Origin: Blasia pusilla
Lineage: Eukaryota
DNA length: 64,000 nucleotides
NCBI GenBank assembly: GCA_050084515.1
Contig: CM114271.1
Coordinates: forward strand, 33,852,001-33,916,000
Direction: 5' to 3'
The translations under genes were made by a program, and so were the position numbers. Below, one piece after another: positions 1 to 13,800 of the stretch (the stretch's first letter is position 1; each line of letters starts with the position of its first letter). The notes beneath the pieces are model-generated. The model searched no databases. It worked only from the letters and a program-made list of their open reading frames with translations, and was not told the origin of the DNA.

Positions 1-1595
1 CAGCTGTAGACTCCATGGTTGCTTCCATGGATGACTTTTCACTCGTTGCCTCCTCCGTGATGGTTGCATTCGCCTTGAATTTTAGTAATTTTTCCTCCAA
101 GGCGACCTTCGTTGCTCTCATCTCATCCAATGCCTTCTCCATGGCTGATCTTTCCTCTACTGCTTGTGTCTCTGCTGCCTTCTTCTCCGTGTCTTCCTTC
201 TTGGTTTCCCTCCTTTGCCTCTTTTCTGATTGGAAGGCGGATTCCATGTCCTCTTCATCTACAAACACTAGAAAGGAGGGATGTCAGTTCTCCTGCCCTA
301 TACACCAAGGCAAAAAAAAGGAGGAATGATTTGGAACAATCATTTGACTATACCTGATGAACATGTAGTCTCAGCATCCTCAACATCTTTTGATAGCCTT
401 CCTTCTTGTGTCTCCTCCTCGTCATGTGAGGTATCCGGATCTCCTCATCTATACAACCCTACATATGAAAAACATTACAGCATGTTAGTAGAGATAGAAC
501 ATAAGTAGAATTGTGACATTCCAGTCTGAACAGTCGCTCCATAGTGTTCGAACACTGAAACAAGTGGTCACATCCAACATATGATAACCAGTAACATATA
601 AAAAAAAAAAAGGAAATTGGCTACATTGACACAACACAAGGAAATTTTACCTACACTCTCGCCTCCTCCTTTGAAGTGCCTAAGTACTTCTTCATGCGGG
701 CCTCAACTACTCTTTTAAGGAACCCAACCAAGACCTCCTCCTTTGAAGTGCTTAAGTACTTCTTCATGCGGGCCTCAACTACTCTTTTAAGGAACCCAAC
801 CAAGACCTCCTCCTTGTGGCTCTTCTTCCATGCGTGGTAATCTCTTGTGGCAAGTGGCTGCCAATACTCCTTGGTCTGCATGTGCTTGTAGGTTGCAAGG
901 CGTTCTTGACTCTCTTGATGTGGTCCACAGTCATGTTCACTTGCCCCTCTCTCTCAGGATGAAGGGCCTCTAGGTCTTCCTCTCTATACAAAGTGGAGGA
1001 AGACAATGCTCGGAACAAAGCTGAGTTAAACATTCTCGGCCTAAACCGCACGCGAAGGGTTGCTACAACCCCTCGAAGACGATACCAAGTCCTACTAAAT
1101 TCCAAGTCACCATTAGGTGGTGGCTCAGCAAGAAGTTCAGACTGAACTTTGTCACACCACTGCCACACTCGCTCATCCACAAGATAGAATTGAATGCTCT
1201 TGAGCATGTCATGCTCGCAAGCAGGATCAGAAAATGCATCCTAGGAGCTCATACCAAACTCTTGGAAGCGGTGCTAAATCAACTCAACTAACAAACAAAA
1301 AGATGAGAGATTGGGGACCTTCCCTGTGTTGCAGTAAATCTGCCACGCCCTATCAAGCGTAGCCGCCTTCGTCCTTTGGGCACACTCCTTCTTCTTATCT
1401 GCCTTGCGTTGCTTCCATCGAGCAGACACATTCCTTCGCAGGTGTTCATAGTGCTCCCTGCTAGTGGATGCAAAATAGAAATGACGTGAGTGATAGACGT
1501 TGTTGTTCAATGAGCTCGTGAATTCCATATACATAACAATTTGCGTCTAGGGGTGATGGTGTTTTCACTCGGGAAGATCTGACCGGTCTAGACAT
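1..1595 (-). pseudogene. Degenerate spliced coding region of unknown function (possibly transposon-associated), running off the window start
   Basis: Minus-strand ORF pieces 1274-1534, 779-1207 and 651-881 lie in different frames. Apparent GT/AG-bounded exons occur near 353-457 and 1-259; the last reads as an acidic coiled-coil (DEEDMESAFQSEKRQRRETKKEDTEKKAAE...). Frameshifts and stops are present and no domain was recognised. Confidence 0.3.
662..815. repeat. 72-bp tandem duplication (2 copies, in frame)
   Basis: cctcctcctttgaagtg...aacccaaccaaga starts at 662 and 734; it translates on minus as KEEVLVGFLKRVVEARMKKYL(S/G)TS twice. Confidence 0.95.
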
Positions 1596-1766
1596 CTATA
1601 AAAGAACAGCAAATAAATTTACATAAAATTTAGACAAAGAATGAAAGAACCATGCAAACATTCTCATCCGGAAATCTCCCTTTATTATATTATATTTTGA
1701 ACATCTGAACATTTCTCGTAACATCTAAATTGCAACTGTTCCTATCTTTTCAGAATTGGATAATTG

Positions 1767-1770
<4 letters not shown>

Positions 1771-1823
<53 letters not shown>
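1771..1823. repeat. (CT)n microsatellite
   Basis: Uninterrupted CT dinucleotide run. Confidence 0.98.
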
Positions 1824-1827
<4 letters not shown>

Positions 1828-2259
1828 ACAAGCAATCCCACAAACACAAACTAGTACCACACATTGGTTAGGAAACATGACTTACATTAAATAAATTAAT
1901 ATTACAATACACAAGATTTTAGTTCCACCCACAAGACTTATCACATGAGAAGAAATTCACAGGAGACAATAAATCGTGCTATTGCTTAACATGCCCTAAT
2001 TGAACTCATGGCCATGAATATTGAATCAACCAAAGGCACATTGCCAAGCCTTACTCTTGAAATTTTTCTCTACATCCGAACTAAGTTTTTAGGGCTCCTC
2101 AACCTGGGACCACCGCATGCAGCTCAGGCCTGTTGCCACTCGGGCTTGAGAGCTTGGACGCAGGAGCTCAAGCTCCCTCACCCGTAGCTCATCTCTCGTC
2201 CTTGCTTGCCCGTGTTCCGTGCTCTCCTCTCGCCCAATGTTCCCCGCTCTTGCCTCGCC

Positions 2260-2990
2260 GCACATTCAAGCTCGAGCTTCTACACCACCGCGTCTGCCTC
2301 GCCCCTCTAGCTCGACCTCAATCTCCCTCCCCGCTTGCCGTGGCCAATCTTGCTCGCCCAAGCTCGAGCTCTAGCGCCCTCTCCCCACTCGCCCTCGCCC
2401 CTCGCACATCTCGCTCACCCGACGTTGCTTGCTCTAGCGCCCTCTCCCCGCTCGCCCTCCTGATCGAGCTCGCCTTGGCCGATCTCGCACGCCCAAGCTT
2501 CAGCTCCAACGCCCTTTCCCCAATCTTGCTCGTCCCCCCCCCCCCCCCTCCCCTCTCCCCGCTCCTCCTCCCGATCAAGCTTGCCCTCTCGTTGGAGCTC
2601 CAACGCCCTCTCCCCAATCTTGCTCCTCCCTCCCCTGGAGCCCAACTCCTCTTGAGCTCCCGCTCGTCCCTCCGCTCCGTGCTCAAGCTCCCCACCTCTA
2701 GCGCCCTCTCCGATTTTCTTCCCTCGCCGCTCCCTCTCCGATCCCTCCCTCCACTCATCCCTGCTCAAGCTCAAGCTCCCTCGCTCGTCCTTGTCCTCAT
2801 CCGCGCTCGAGCTCCCACTCGTTGCTGCCCTTGCTCATCCTCCCACTCGTCCTCGCGCTCAATCCCTCCTGCCGCGCTCAATCCCTCATCCGCCCCGCTT
2901 GAGCACTCATCCTCCCGACGACGGTTCTCGTCCTCCTGGTGACGCTAGTCCTCGGGCAGCTCGGGCAGCCCCGCGTCGACCTTGAGTTAG
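2260..2990. repeat. C/T-rich low-complexity region with a recurring gctctagcgccctctcccc motif
   Basis: Motif variants recur several times, giving GERALEL-like peptides on minus (ORF 2318-2758). Confidence 0.7.
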
Positions 2991-4072
2991 CCTAACCCAA
3001 GGATGAATAGGTGCGAGGCTAACGCTCAGCAAGTAAACCAGGGAGAGAAGTTTGTGGGCAAGGTCGAGGTAGTTTTCTTGAGAGAACCAGTTCATTTTTT
3101 TTCTACATAAAACAAGACCTTATATTTTGACATGTTTCTAATTCTGGCCGGCTATTACAATACTAATACAAAGGAGACTTTGTATATTCCGAGGGTTTTT
3201 GGCCGGTGTTTGAGAAACTGAAACGTCAGTTCTGAAATTCATCCGGCTAGCTCAACACGTGATGTTGGTTCTCCTTGTTCTTGTTCGTGGGAAAATTTTG
3301 TCTTGAGTCTTGAAAGCCCAACAAGTCATTGCTCCTTGGATTACAGTTGGATCAAGTAACTCGTAGAGGATTGGAAACCACTTTTTTTTTAACAATAATA
3401 GTTATTTCAATTGCTTTTTTTTTTTTCAATTATATTATGATCGAAGAGTGCCTCTTTATTTTGGAAACACCTATCCTTTCGACACTTAGCATTTTGAGTT
3501 GACAGGATTGTTCACCTTATAAACCAATAGAATCCTTCAAAATTGATTTAAATTGCACTTGAAATTTCATTATGGGAGGTAACTCAAACCCATGCATTGC
3601 AATTTGCTAATATGCGATTCTATCCAAACTTGCTTCTAATATATATAAATTCTTAAGGAGATAAGAAATTATTGACTTTGTTTTCTTGTGTTCTAATTAT
3701 TTTCTATTAGACGAAACTTTAAATCTGTGATTCATACATAATGGCGTGTGATTTGGAGATTCATTTTATTTCATTCCCTAAGCAACTAATTTTTCTTTCT
3801 TCTTTGTAAAAATGTTTCATTTTTCTTCCAAAAAATTCTCCTTCTCAAATTGATGTAAATAAATGAGAATTTTCTATCCATCTTGAAGAAATAGGATCCA
3901 TGTAGGTATGGAGTTTACATCATACACTCTTTCAACTTTCCATGTTTAGGTGGAGGCATGAGACGAAATTATGTTGTGTGTTAAAATTTTCTACTAGAAT
4001 AATCGAGTCATTGGTGACTACCCATCTACGTGTTGACATTTCGTTTCTTTTGTGTTATAGAATGTTTTCACA

Positions 4073-4313
4073 CTAGGTGGTATGCCCATGCTACGCGCAA
4101 TAAAAAAAGCAGAGTGGAGTCTTACATGGAGGGATTTGACGATCGGAGAGGGGGTGCCGTCTTAAATGCAGACCTCCCACGATCTTCGAAATGGGGAGCT
4201 CAACGTATGTGCATATCACTCGGACCCTAAATGGACCTTTTTTTTTTCTCCGTTGAGTCATATTGACTATTTGGTCTCATCGTGGCATATACATTTTTGC
4301 TTAATAATATAGA
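4073..4313 (-). mobile_element. Non-autonomous Helitron-like element
   Basis: On minus it starts TCTATATTATT at 4313 and ends CTAG at 4073-4076, with a degenerate subterminal hairpin, and sits between A and T. Confidence 0.55.
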
Positions 4314-4769
4314 TGAATAAATTCTCAAAACCATGACCAACACTCTAATGAAACAATTCGTAAACTACTTGAGGTATAGTCGACTCCTTGAATGGTTTGC
4401 TTCCAACTTCATTTGTAAACTTCGGAAAATACGTGGGATTTTTGTTCCCTCCTAACATTCGTGGTGCCCCATATTTAGCCACATAAATCTAAAATTCAAA
4501 GTTTATATTGCTTTCTTATATGAGAGGACGCAAGCCTCAAGAAGAGAAGACCCTTACAAAATTGTGTTCTAGAATTGTATGCATTTGAAAGGAAAAGAGG
4601 TCTCAATAAAAAGGGGGGCACCATTAGGAACATTAGTGCTCGTGAAACACATTTAAAAATTAAATTAAAAATAGATATTATTAAAAGAAGACAACTTTTG
4701 GATTCACGAAATTTTGTGTGTTTGAAACATGAGAAAATAAACCCAAGAGAATTCCTCCTTTTTACAACA

Positions 4770-5170
4770 CTAATAAACTGCCTGTGCCATGCACGGGTGA
4801 AAGGGCACATCACCGGTTACGCCTAAACGTGTTAAGTCATATGTTAAAAACGTGTTACATGTGTCAGAACGAGAGGAGGAAAAACTGTATGTGTGAATGC
4901 AGGAAGAAGGGGTTCTCAAACCCCATCCTCTTTCAATCTATACCATTAACGGAGGACTGGTTTAGAAATCCCTCCTCCTCTCAACAGCAGTCTTCCAAGG
5001 GCTTTCTTGGCATTGACACATGTCAACATTAGGGAATGAAACAAAATGAAGAAGAGAGAAGAAAAGAATTAATAACAAACTAAAATGGAATGATAAATTT
5101 TTTTTCCACAATTTCATGTCATTAGTGTTATGCTATTAGTGAATAGATGGTAACACTCTAGTAATATAGA
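4770..5170 (-). mobile_element. Non-autonomous Helitron-like element
   Basis: On minus the 5' end is TCTATATTAC at 5170; hairpin cctgtgc-cat-gcacggg at 4781-4797; degenerate TTAG end near 4770. Confidence 0.5.
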
Positions 5171-5879
5171 TGAGCATTAACTCATTCCTAACATGAGCTC
5201 CCCACTAATATTAAACTTGCAGTTGTTAGGTTTTTTTAATTTCCTTTATTTCTTCTTCGTGAATTGTTTCTGGAATTCGTCATTTCTGAAAAAGTCCAGT
5301 TCCGGATAGGAATGAAAAAACTTCCTTTTAAAGCATTCCGGTTTTAGGACCTGTGGAACACTCAATACTCTCGAATTCTTGTTCTATAATAAATACTCAT
5401 GAATTCTTAGTGGGTCCCCTCTGAATCACGAGCCTTCGGGTGAGCTTAGAATCCTAGATCGACCTAGATCTAGGGCGTAGCATATTCCAGCTTCGGGGTA
5501 TCCAGTGGCGACACGTGGCGTGCTCGAGAATGGAATGAAGGGAAGCGGACGTTTAGGGCGTCGCGTCGGACATGGGGAATCTGTGGCTCCTGTCGCTCTC
5601 CAGAAATCTCAGGATAAAGATCGAGGGCCCGTACTTCCAGAGGGCCTCCGGCGTCAATGCGAGGACCGCGCCGTGATGCTGGGCGTTAGCTCCAAATCAG
5701 ACAACCTTTATTGCTTTTAGGCAATAAAGGCCTGTCGGGGGTGACGGGTCGGCGGAAGGGATATTTTATAAATAAAAACTAGATCAGGTAGGTGAGTTTT
5801 CGTCCTCTTCTTCCTTTTCTGGTCTTGTTGTGTCCTTCGGGTTTTGACTCCTTAAGTCAAAACCCGAAGAGGCACTACT

Positions 5880-6310
5880 CCATGCGGGATTCCCTCATTC
5901 GTGCCGATCTCTACATGACATGTGAGGCTGAGGTGGTTGTGGCGGACGTGGTAGTCACAGATCCTCGGAGGCAGTGCGAGCCCAAGTGGTGGCCCAAGGG
6001 CGAATGCTACAAGGAGCGGCGGGCGGCTCGAAGAAGACACATATCTCTGATCGACTACACGAGGGACACATCTTCATCCCCTGGCCATAGAGATGTATGG
6101 GGCTATGGGGGAGAGGTTCGACTTCGTTCATACGGACTCGCCCATCATCTTTCGAGAAATGGGTTGTTCTCTCATTGTGGCGGCGGATCTCCATAGCGTT
6201 GCGGCGTGCCCAGGCTAATGGGATTTTTGGCGGGCTGTGGGAGACGCGGCGCTAGAGGCCCACTTAGTAGTAGTCATAGCTCTCTTGTTGTTGCTGATAT
6301 TGTGTTGGTG
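5880..6310 (+). mobile_element. 3' fragment of a CRE-like non-LTR retrotransposon (restriction-like endonuclease), frameshifted
   Basis: Peptides IRADL..VVVADVVVTDP, HIFIP/AIEMYG and SIALRRAQA parallel the motifs of the better-preserved copy at 8057-8750. Confidence 0.65.
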
Positions 6311-6562
6311 AGTTTGTCGTTAGGGGGAATGCCCCCTTCTTCCTTTTCTGGTCGTGTTGTGGCCTTGAGGTTTTGACTCTTTGAGTCCCCCTCTTTTGTA
6401 CTTCCGATGGGTTTTCCATCACTCGTTTTTATCGAAGTGCATCTTTCTTCTCTTAAGTCCCTTTTGTACTTCCGATGGGTTTCCCATCAGTCGTTTTTTT
6501 CGAAGTGCATCTTTATTTGGTCATTGTGGAGAGTTTGGAAAACTGGTTAGGTGGACGGGACT

Positions 6563-7316
6563 CAATGTCCGGGGAGAACCGGGGTTGAGTTGGCCGGGAG
6601 AATTTGAGAATTTCCGATTCACTTACCGGCCAAAAACCGAGGGTTCAAGGAGGGTGTCCTTTGTATTCGTATCTGTTTAGCCAGCTGGAATGACAAAATC
6701 TTCAAAAATTGCCGCTCGGTTTTGTAGAGACCAGAAATGTACCGGTTGTCACGAAAAAACTCCCCGGACCCTGCTTGGACTGATCAGGCATGGTAGTAGA
6801 GCGAAGCCGGGCAGAGGCGCGCATGCGAGCTGGAAGCCTGGAATCAATGTCCGGGGAGAACCGGGGTTACGTGTTGACATGCCGGAAGAAATTTAGAATA
6901 TCCGATTCACTTTACAAATCAACGGCCAAAAACCGGCAAAATACAGGGTTTCTTCTTTGTATTTCTTTAGCCGGCCGGATTCAAGAAAATATAAAAAAGT
7001 ACCGTTCTGGTCTGTAGATACCAGAAATGTACCGGTTCTCGCCAAAAAACTACCCGGATCCTGCCTGGAATCCGTTTTGTGGAAATCATTTCACAATTTA
7101 TTTCAAGACTTCCTTCCACCGGTGAGTTTTTTTTGACAACCAATACATTTCAGGTCTTTACAAAACCGAGCGGTAATTTTTGAAGATTTCATCATTCCAA
7201 CCGTCTAAACAGATACTAATACAAAGGACACCCTCCCTGAACCCTCGGTTTTTGGCCGGTAAGTGACAAACTGAACCGGCCAGCTGAACGCGTAACCCCG
7301 GTTCTCCCCGGACATG
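6563..7316. repeat. ~250-bp GC-rich repeat: two direct copies and one inverted copy
   Basis: atgtccggggagaaccgggg...ggccaaaaaccg...accagaaatgtaccggtt starts near 6565 and 6847; the reverse complement is at about 7120-7316; a diverged inverted copy is at about 3140-3275. Confidence 0.85.
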
Positions 7317-8056
7317 GCCTCCACCCACGCGACCAACCGAGCAGCAATAAGTGCTGTCGGCTTTGGTAATGTCGCTCTCCCGCCGTGATAGCTGCGCAGG
7401 ACTTATGGACACCCCGGCGATCGAGAGTGGCGGCTGGGAAGTGGGAGTCCGACGGCTAGGGACTGCGGACGGAGGACTGTCCGTGGGACGGGAGGGACCT
7501 CGGCGAATCTAGCGGCCGATACCGGCCGGGTTGTTTCCCGACCGACTGGTCCCTTCCAAATCTCCAGGCGCATTTCCCGGTACAACTTCTCCGTCATGAA
7601 TATTCAATATGAGATATTCACGCAGACCGCATAGACGGGAATACAAATATTTTATACTCATCGCATTTATATCTCCGACTCCTATTATAATAGGAGATCT
7701 TATATGTATAATAAAACAAAATAATGGAATAATAAAATAGCAACAAATTTGTAATTTCGTATTTTAATCCATATTTTATGGATATAGTTTAAATTTGAAC
7801 TCAAGAGTATTTACGAAAGTTGTATATTGTTCCATCTCTTTCGGTCCGCGGGTTTTCTTTATCTACGGGATGGGTTTTTCATCCCATAGATAAGTTTCTA
7901 TTAAAGTTTATGATTTTTTGATATAAATATATCCATTTTATTATAAAATTAACCTCAGAAGAGGACAAAAAAGATAATAATAATTCAGAAGAGGAGTCAA
8001 AAATTGTATACAAGAATGCAAAAAGAAAATGACAACAAACCAACGCAAACACGGGC

Positions 8057-8750
8057 TCAACGAGCTACACGATTGATAGCCTGAAACAAATATGAGAAGA
8101 ACACGAGTGGTTGGTCAGACGTGAATGGACGACGAGGCGAACGACCCCCCACCACCTCCGCACAACGTATCAATGCCAAGGCTTGTGCACGTTGTAAGGC
8201 CACTGAGATGCATTGCCGAAAATAAGTAGTAACTACCGAGAGAGAAGGACTACGGGAAGGGGCAAGGTGATGATTCTCGAGGGAGTGGTGAGCATATGTT
8301 TTCAGGAAAGTATCAAAAGACACATGTAAATGACCGAATACTTCCACTGCAAAAGGAATAAATCCATCAGTCGCATGTCTCACAGCATAACTTAACTCCT
8401 TGATTCTTGCTGCAGCTTCGGCCGCCAAACCTTTGGTATGTGCGGCCCGACACACCAAGTCAGAACGTGTTGGATCAGCAACCACCACATCACCTAGTGT
8501 CCGGAATCCACCTCGAGACATAACAAGATCCACTCTCCGACGAGAGGTTGCTTGTGTGGTTGAAGGTAGGACGTGGAGTTGCTCTTGCCCAACGGTGTAT
8601 CCTGCAGTACGAGCCACCGATGCTACCGCCTCTCTAATGACATCAAGTGTGGCTGTTCGTTTTCCATCATGTGCACATCGGAGAATATGGATACCCTTGG
8701 CATCAATGGGATCCCCGCATACACAATTCGACACACCTAAGAGAGAAGGA
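8057..8750 (-). mobile_element. 5'-truncated CRE-clade non-LTR retrotransposon: zinc knuckle plus restriction-like endonuclease C-terminus
   Basis: ORF 8057-8734 has CVCG..H...C, RVDL..DVVVADP, K..SY, FIPFAVEVFG and ISVALQRAQA, the motif order of RLE-type (CRE/R2-group) LINE C-termini. Confidence 0.8.
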
Positions 8751-10554
8751 TATTGTTTAATTGAAAAATGTTGTTATTAGGAAGAGTGGAATGTTATTAT
8801 TCTTTCAGTCTAACAAAGTAGAATTTATTTATAATAATTAAAATAAATATATTAATTTAAAAAATTATTTTTATAGACAATCATGTTAATTAATATTGGA
8901 TATTTTGGAAAAGGAAAATGATTTGAATGGAAAAAGAATTATTTAATTATTTAAAATTAACTAATAATTTAATCAATGGATGTTTTTATAATTGGAAGAA
9001 TTGAAAAGAAATAATATTTAATTCTTTAAACTTTTATGGAAGAATGAAATTATTTAAGGAGTTCATATTATTCAAATTTTAATTGATGAGTGGAGATATT
9101 TTTAAAGTATGATATTTATATTTTAAAATTTAAGGAATTTGAAATTGAATTTTCAAATAAACAATATTCATAAATTAAATGATGATAAATTTCGCACTCT
9201 AACACGGGCATGGTAACGGATTGCTATCCGAGGGACATAAGTGTTGCCATGGATTGTGAAACAAAGACATAAAGGGAGGTTGGTTCAACTTAAGTGATGA
9301 ACGTTTAGGGTTTAGGCACTCTTTCCGAGACCCAACAGTCCACTAAAAACTAGTTCACATGTTTGTGTTTGTACACCAAAATTATTTTTTATTTGGAAAT
9401 ATGTATAAACATAATTTTAATTTCTTAAATCTTGAAGGAGTAATAACATTCCACTCTTCCAAGTAATCTCATCTTTTCATAAAATTTAAAAAATATCTAC
9501 TCTTCACCATCTATTCCTCCTATCAAAATAACACTTATTAAATAATAATAATAAAGTAATAAAATTATTTTCCTCTTCCATTCAGATTTATTTCCCCTTC
9601 CCATCACATGTGAATTTAAAGAAAGAATTGCAAAAGTTTTGCTATTTTGACTTATTGTACATATAAGGTTTCCCATTATAATATATATTAGTTAGATAAT
9701 AATAATTATTAAATAATAAAATAAATTCCTCCTCTGATCCATTCAAATTCATTTTTCTTTTCCATCAAATGCGAATTGAAGGAAAAATTGCAAACTTGTT
9801 ACTATTTTGTCTTATTATTCCACTATTTTTTTTTAACATATGCGACAAACTGCTTGAAAATAGTGGGATAATAATCTATATGTACAATAAGAAAAAAATC
9901 TGTATGTAAATTATGTGATCATTGTAAAAATTTGAAATATTTCTCTTTCAACTCTTAGAAGATAAAACATTTACGTGGGAAGAATGTGGGAAGAGATTAT
10001 TAGGGGTAAATTGTTGGTGAAATCCAAGTAGATAGGCTATATGAGAAGGACTTGTGTGTATATATGCACATATACAAACAAGTCCTGTATATATTGTTAT
10101 GTTATTTTCAAATAATTGAATACTAGTGAGTTGCACACGTGTTTTAATAATAAATTATATATAAATGGGCATGTGAAAAAAAAAAACATGAATATTTATT
10201 CCTTCCAATAATTTCTTTTAAACTACGTTTCATGTATAGTTCCCCTATTTTAGTGTGCTTCATTTCCAATTGTACTATGTACTAAAATTCTTTGTCCTAC
10301 TCTAGCCTCTAGGTAGTGCATTAATAGTTGTAGCAAAAGTTGGACGAATAAAGGAATTGAAACCCGCGTGAATCACAAGGCACATAAAAGTCAGATGCAA
10401 CCAATACAATATGTGCATTCAAAACTTATATTCTACCCTCTTATGATTTTGGCATATATCAAATATTGTATGAATCCATCAATTACCAATCTAGTATCAT
10501 TTGCTTATCCCTTGAATTCATTCATGATCCGTAACTCGTAAAAGCATGATTGGA

Positions 10555-10850
10555 CCATTCATGCACATGGAAAAGATCCATGCCCACGGACATTTCTGTG
10601 TCCGTTGACTTATGTCCGTCCCTAAGATGGATATGACCATGTGGACTTGGGTACCTACGGCCCGCACTTGATACGGACCAAGCAAGAGCTCATAGCTTGC
10701 ACACATATTCAATCCTTGCCTGCCTCCCTTAAATCTGAGCTTGCACATGATCCGGGGTCTCGTGCCCGCGTGGACCACCGAGGTACCAAAGAGACCGAGG
10801 CGGGATACCCGTAGGGCATCTATGGACAAGTTTGTTTCCTTGCAACCTTG
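10555..10850 (-). mobile_element. hAT-like MITE, diverged copy of the 18227-18653 family
   Basis: Right TIR tgcaaccttg at 10841-10850; internal gacttatgtccgtccctaagatgga is shared with the 18227 element in reverse orientation; flanks tgattgga/tgattggt resemble an 8-bp TSD. Confidence 0.65.
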
Positions 10851-13800
10851 TGATTGGTGCAACAATCTTCAATCACAGGTGATATATAAATAACCCAAAA
10901 TACAAATATATGTTTAAGAATTGAGTTGGATGTATATGACTAATCCTCTCATTCATAATAGAGTCAACGTTGAGGTAATTAAGCTCTTGTACGCACTATA
11001 TTATGAATTAGTAAGAAGAGGTGTTCTTTATTCAAACTCACAAAATAAATTGGAAATTGTAAAGAAAAAGTGAAAAATAATTGTTAGCTCTCCAAGAAAT
11101 TGTGACACGGCTTATGCGTTTATATCATCACTATTTCTTTCCTTGATGTCAAAGGAGTCATATTTCCCAAAAATTCAATGTCATAAAATCAGCAATGAGC
11201 ATTTCTATAGATAATATCAATAACTTCAATTATCTTATTACTTTTAATAAATAACCATACCATGTGGCAAACGTAGAAATTCGTCTCCCAAATGAGGGTG
11301 CAAAGATACTCAACCCTTTTTCACCTCTTACGACCAATAAGCAAAAACCTACTAATGAGCATATATATGACCTTCCAATATTTAAACTCTCATATTTATT
11401 TAGAGATGGTGGAGGATTCAAGCAAATATGATTGAGTTTATCATTTATAGCATCCCAAATTGTACATTGGCCTTCATTTGAGCTTGCTTCTCGAAATTTT
11501 ATCCATTAATGTACTTCCTCTCTATCATATAATAACTCTTTTTCTTTTAAATATGAATTTGGATGAAGGCTTTGGAAGTTAGTTTGAGTTATGTCTGTTG
11601 TTCATATAAGAGATGTTTTATGAGTAGAACAAAAAATAACTCTATAGTGTAGCAAATTGAGCGAGTGTGTAATAGCTCCATAATATGACAATCAATTGAA
11701 AGAGAATGCACAATAAAGGATTATAGGGAATCATCCAATGGTTATCCAATGAATGTTCATGCTTCATTATTGTCTTTCCATTTTTCTATCTATCAGATAA
11801 CAAATAACGATTCATCCAGATACCATCTCATATCTCTTGGAATAAATACAAGTAAGAAATGGATAAAAGAAGTAATAGCTATGATAGATTGGACCACAAT
11901 GTTATGTCTCAATGACAATCAATGTGTTAGTTATAACTTATAAAAGTCTTAGGATAGTATACTATATATATATTTTAAATTCCTTATTCATACATGGTGC
12001 ATTTTTTTTTTACTCTCCACATTAATCATGAATCATGCAATAATGTAGAATAGAAAAAAGTATTGGAAGGATAGTGCAATCCGGGATTTCTATTGCAACT
12101 CTATGGTCATAATCAGAATTGATACATGGTTATTCTCACGACCTAAAATAATGATGATGTACATAATTTTGCACTTATGATGATAAGTTGTAATAAATCC
12201 TTCTTTTTCATCAAATAAATTCACACAACCAAATCTTTTTGGCCAAAAAATTTAATGTAATCTGCTCCCATTTAGAATTGCATATCATGGTAAGAAAGAA
12301 ATCAAGCTTTCCTAAGTGTCTCACAATGGCAATTGCATCAAGATAAAATTTGTGCATATGATGTAGACTTTTGGTACACCTGAACAGCCCGATGACTCTC
12401 TATGTAGTCGACGCGATAGAACTTTACCTACGTCGAAATAAGATATGATAAATTTGATAAGATTCCAATTTCCTCGTTAGGTTGGCGTTTGCTATGACTA
12501 TTAATAAGCCATGAGGTCAAACACTACACAACACTACATGAGATCCTTCAACAATTATTTGTTTCCCCAAAGTCAATTAAATGTTGCCTTATGTAGAATA
12601 GGTGCAAGGATTCATCATGATTATGTTGGGAAATTATGGTTCTTCGAGAAACCATACGTATTTACATGCAATATTTTTTAGGAATTAATTCTTGAATATT
12701 GCTTTCCTATATGTGAACATATGACACAACACATTCCGATCCCACTACATTCACATGCACCTTAGTACAAGTAGTCCAGATTTCCTTTATTTTTGCTTTA
12801 GGAGTTACGAGTGTGTGGATGGTATATGTTTAAAAAAAAAGAAGCTAAAATTAGTTCTTTCCATAAATATTAAAATCTATAATTTATTTATTTTGAAAAT
12901 AATTTCATTTTCAATTTTTAGGTAATCATTTTTGTTCTTTGCACAAAAGGTACTTCCTAAACCTTGGTAGCACAATGATATGAATAACATCCATTTTTTT
13001 TACAAAAAATCGTGGTTCTTTGAAACAAAAGTCTAAAATTGTAAGAGTTATTAACTTTCAATTGAAACTTGAGAATAGATAGAATATTTCCATATAGGAT
13101 TTATGTTGTAAATCCCATAATATGTTAACGGAGAAATTACCAAGTATGAAAGATTCCTTGGATATGAGTGTCTTTCAATTTTAAACCCATTCCAAATTAT
13201 ACAGTCATTTTTGCGTATGAAATAGTTACTTCTCCAAGATTCTTGTTTCTTTCCATCTTCAAGAATAGGTTTCCATGTTGAAACAACGTCTTTATGATCC
13301 CCTTATCATTATTGAGTCTCTATCACCCTATAGTTAATTATGAAAAGTATAATGTTCTCTTTCCTCCAAAACCCACATCTAGGAAATCCAAACATTTTTC
13401 TTGCTCCCAAACTAATGTCTATGTGGGGGATCTTTAAGATCTCATATTTTAGGTTTTAGAATGTCCTATATGTTAGAATTTGATCTTTTGGATTCTTTCC
13501 CACTTTAAAAGACGAATTCAACATAATGTGCCATAATAATGAGTGGGTTTTTTTTTTTTTTTTTATAGAAATCTCTACAATGGAGTCACACACATAATTC
13601 AATTAGAAAAGATCAATGCTGGGGGCATCCCTTTCCATCTCTAGCTACATTTCTCCATCATTTATTATATTATATATTAGAAATTTCCTTGTTTTGCCAA
13701 TCCATGTAGTCTACATAACATGTTGAAACCAAGTAACTATAACGTGAGAAAGATATGAAGAGAATTGATGAAAGATTTATAAAAAAATTAAACCCATAAA

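Noticed and set aside
2133-2942. 269-aa Pro/Ser/Leu-rich ORF
   Set aside because: Explained by C/T-rich low-complexity repeats that lack stop codons.
9304-9316. tttagggtttagg telomere-like motif
   Set aside because: Fewer than two full units; expected by chance.
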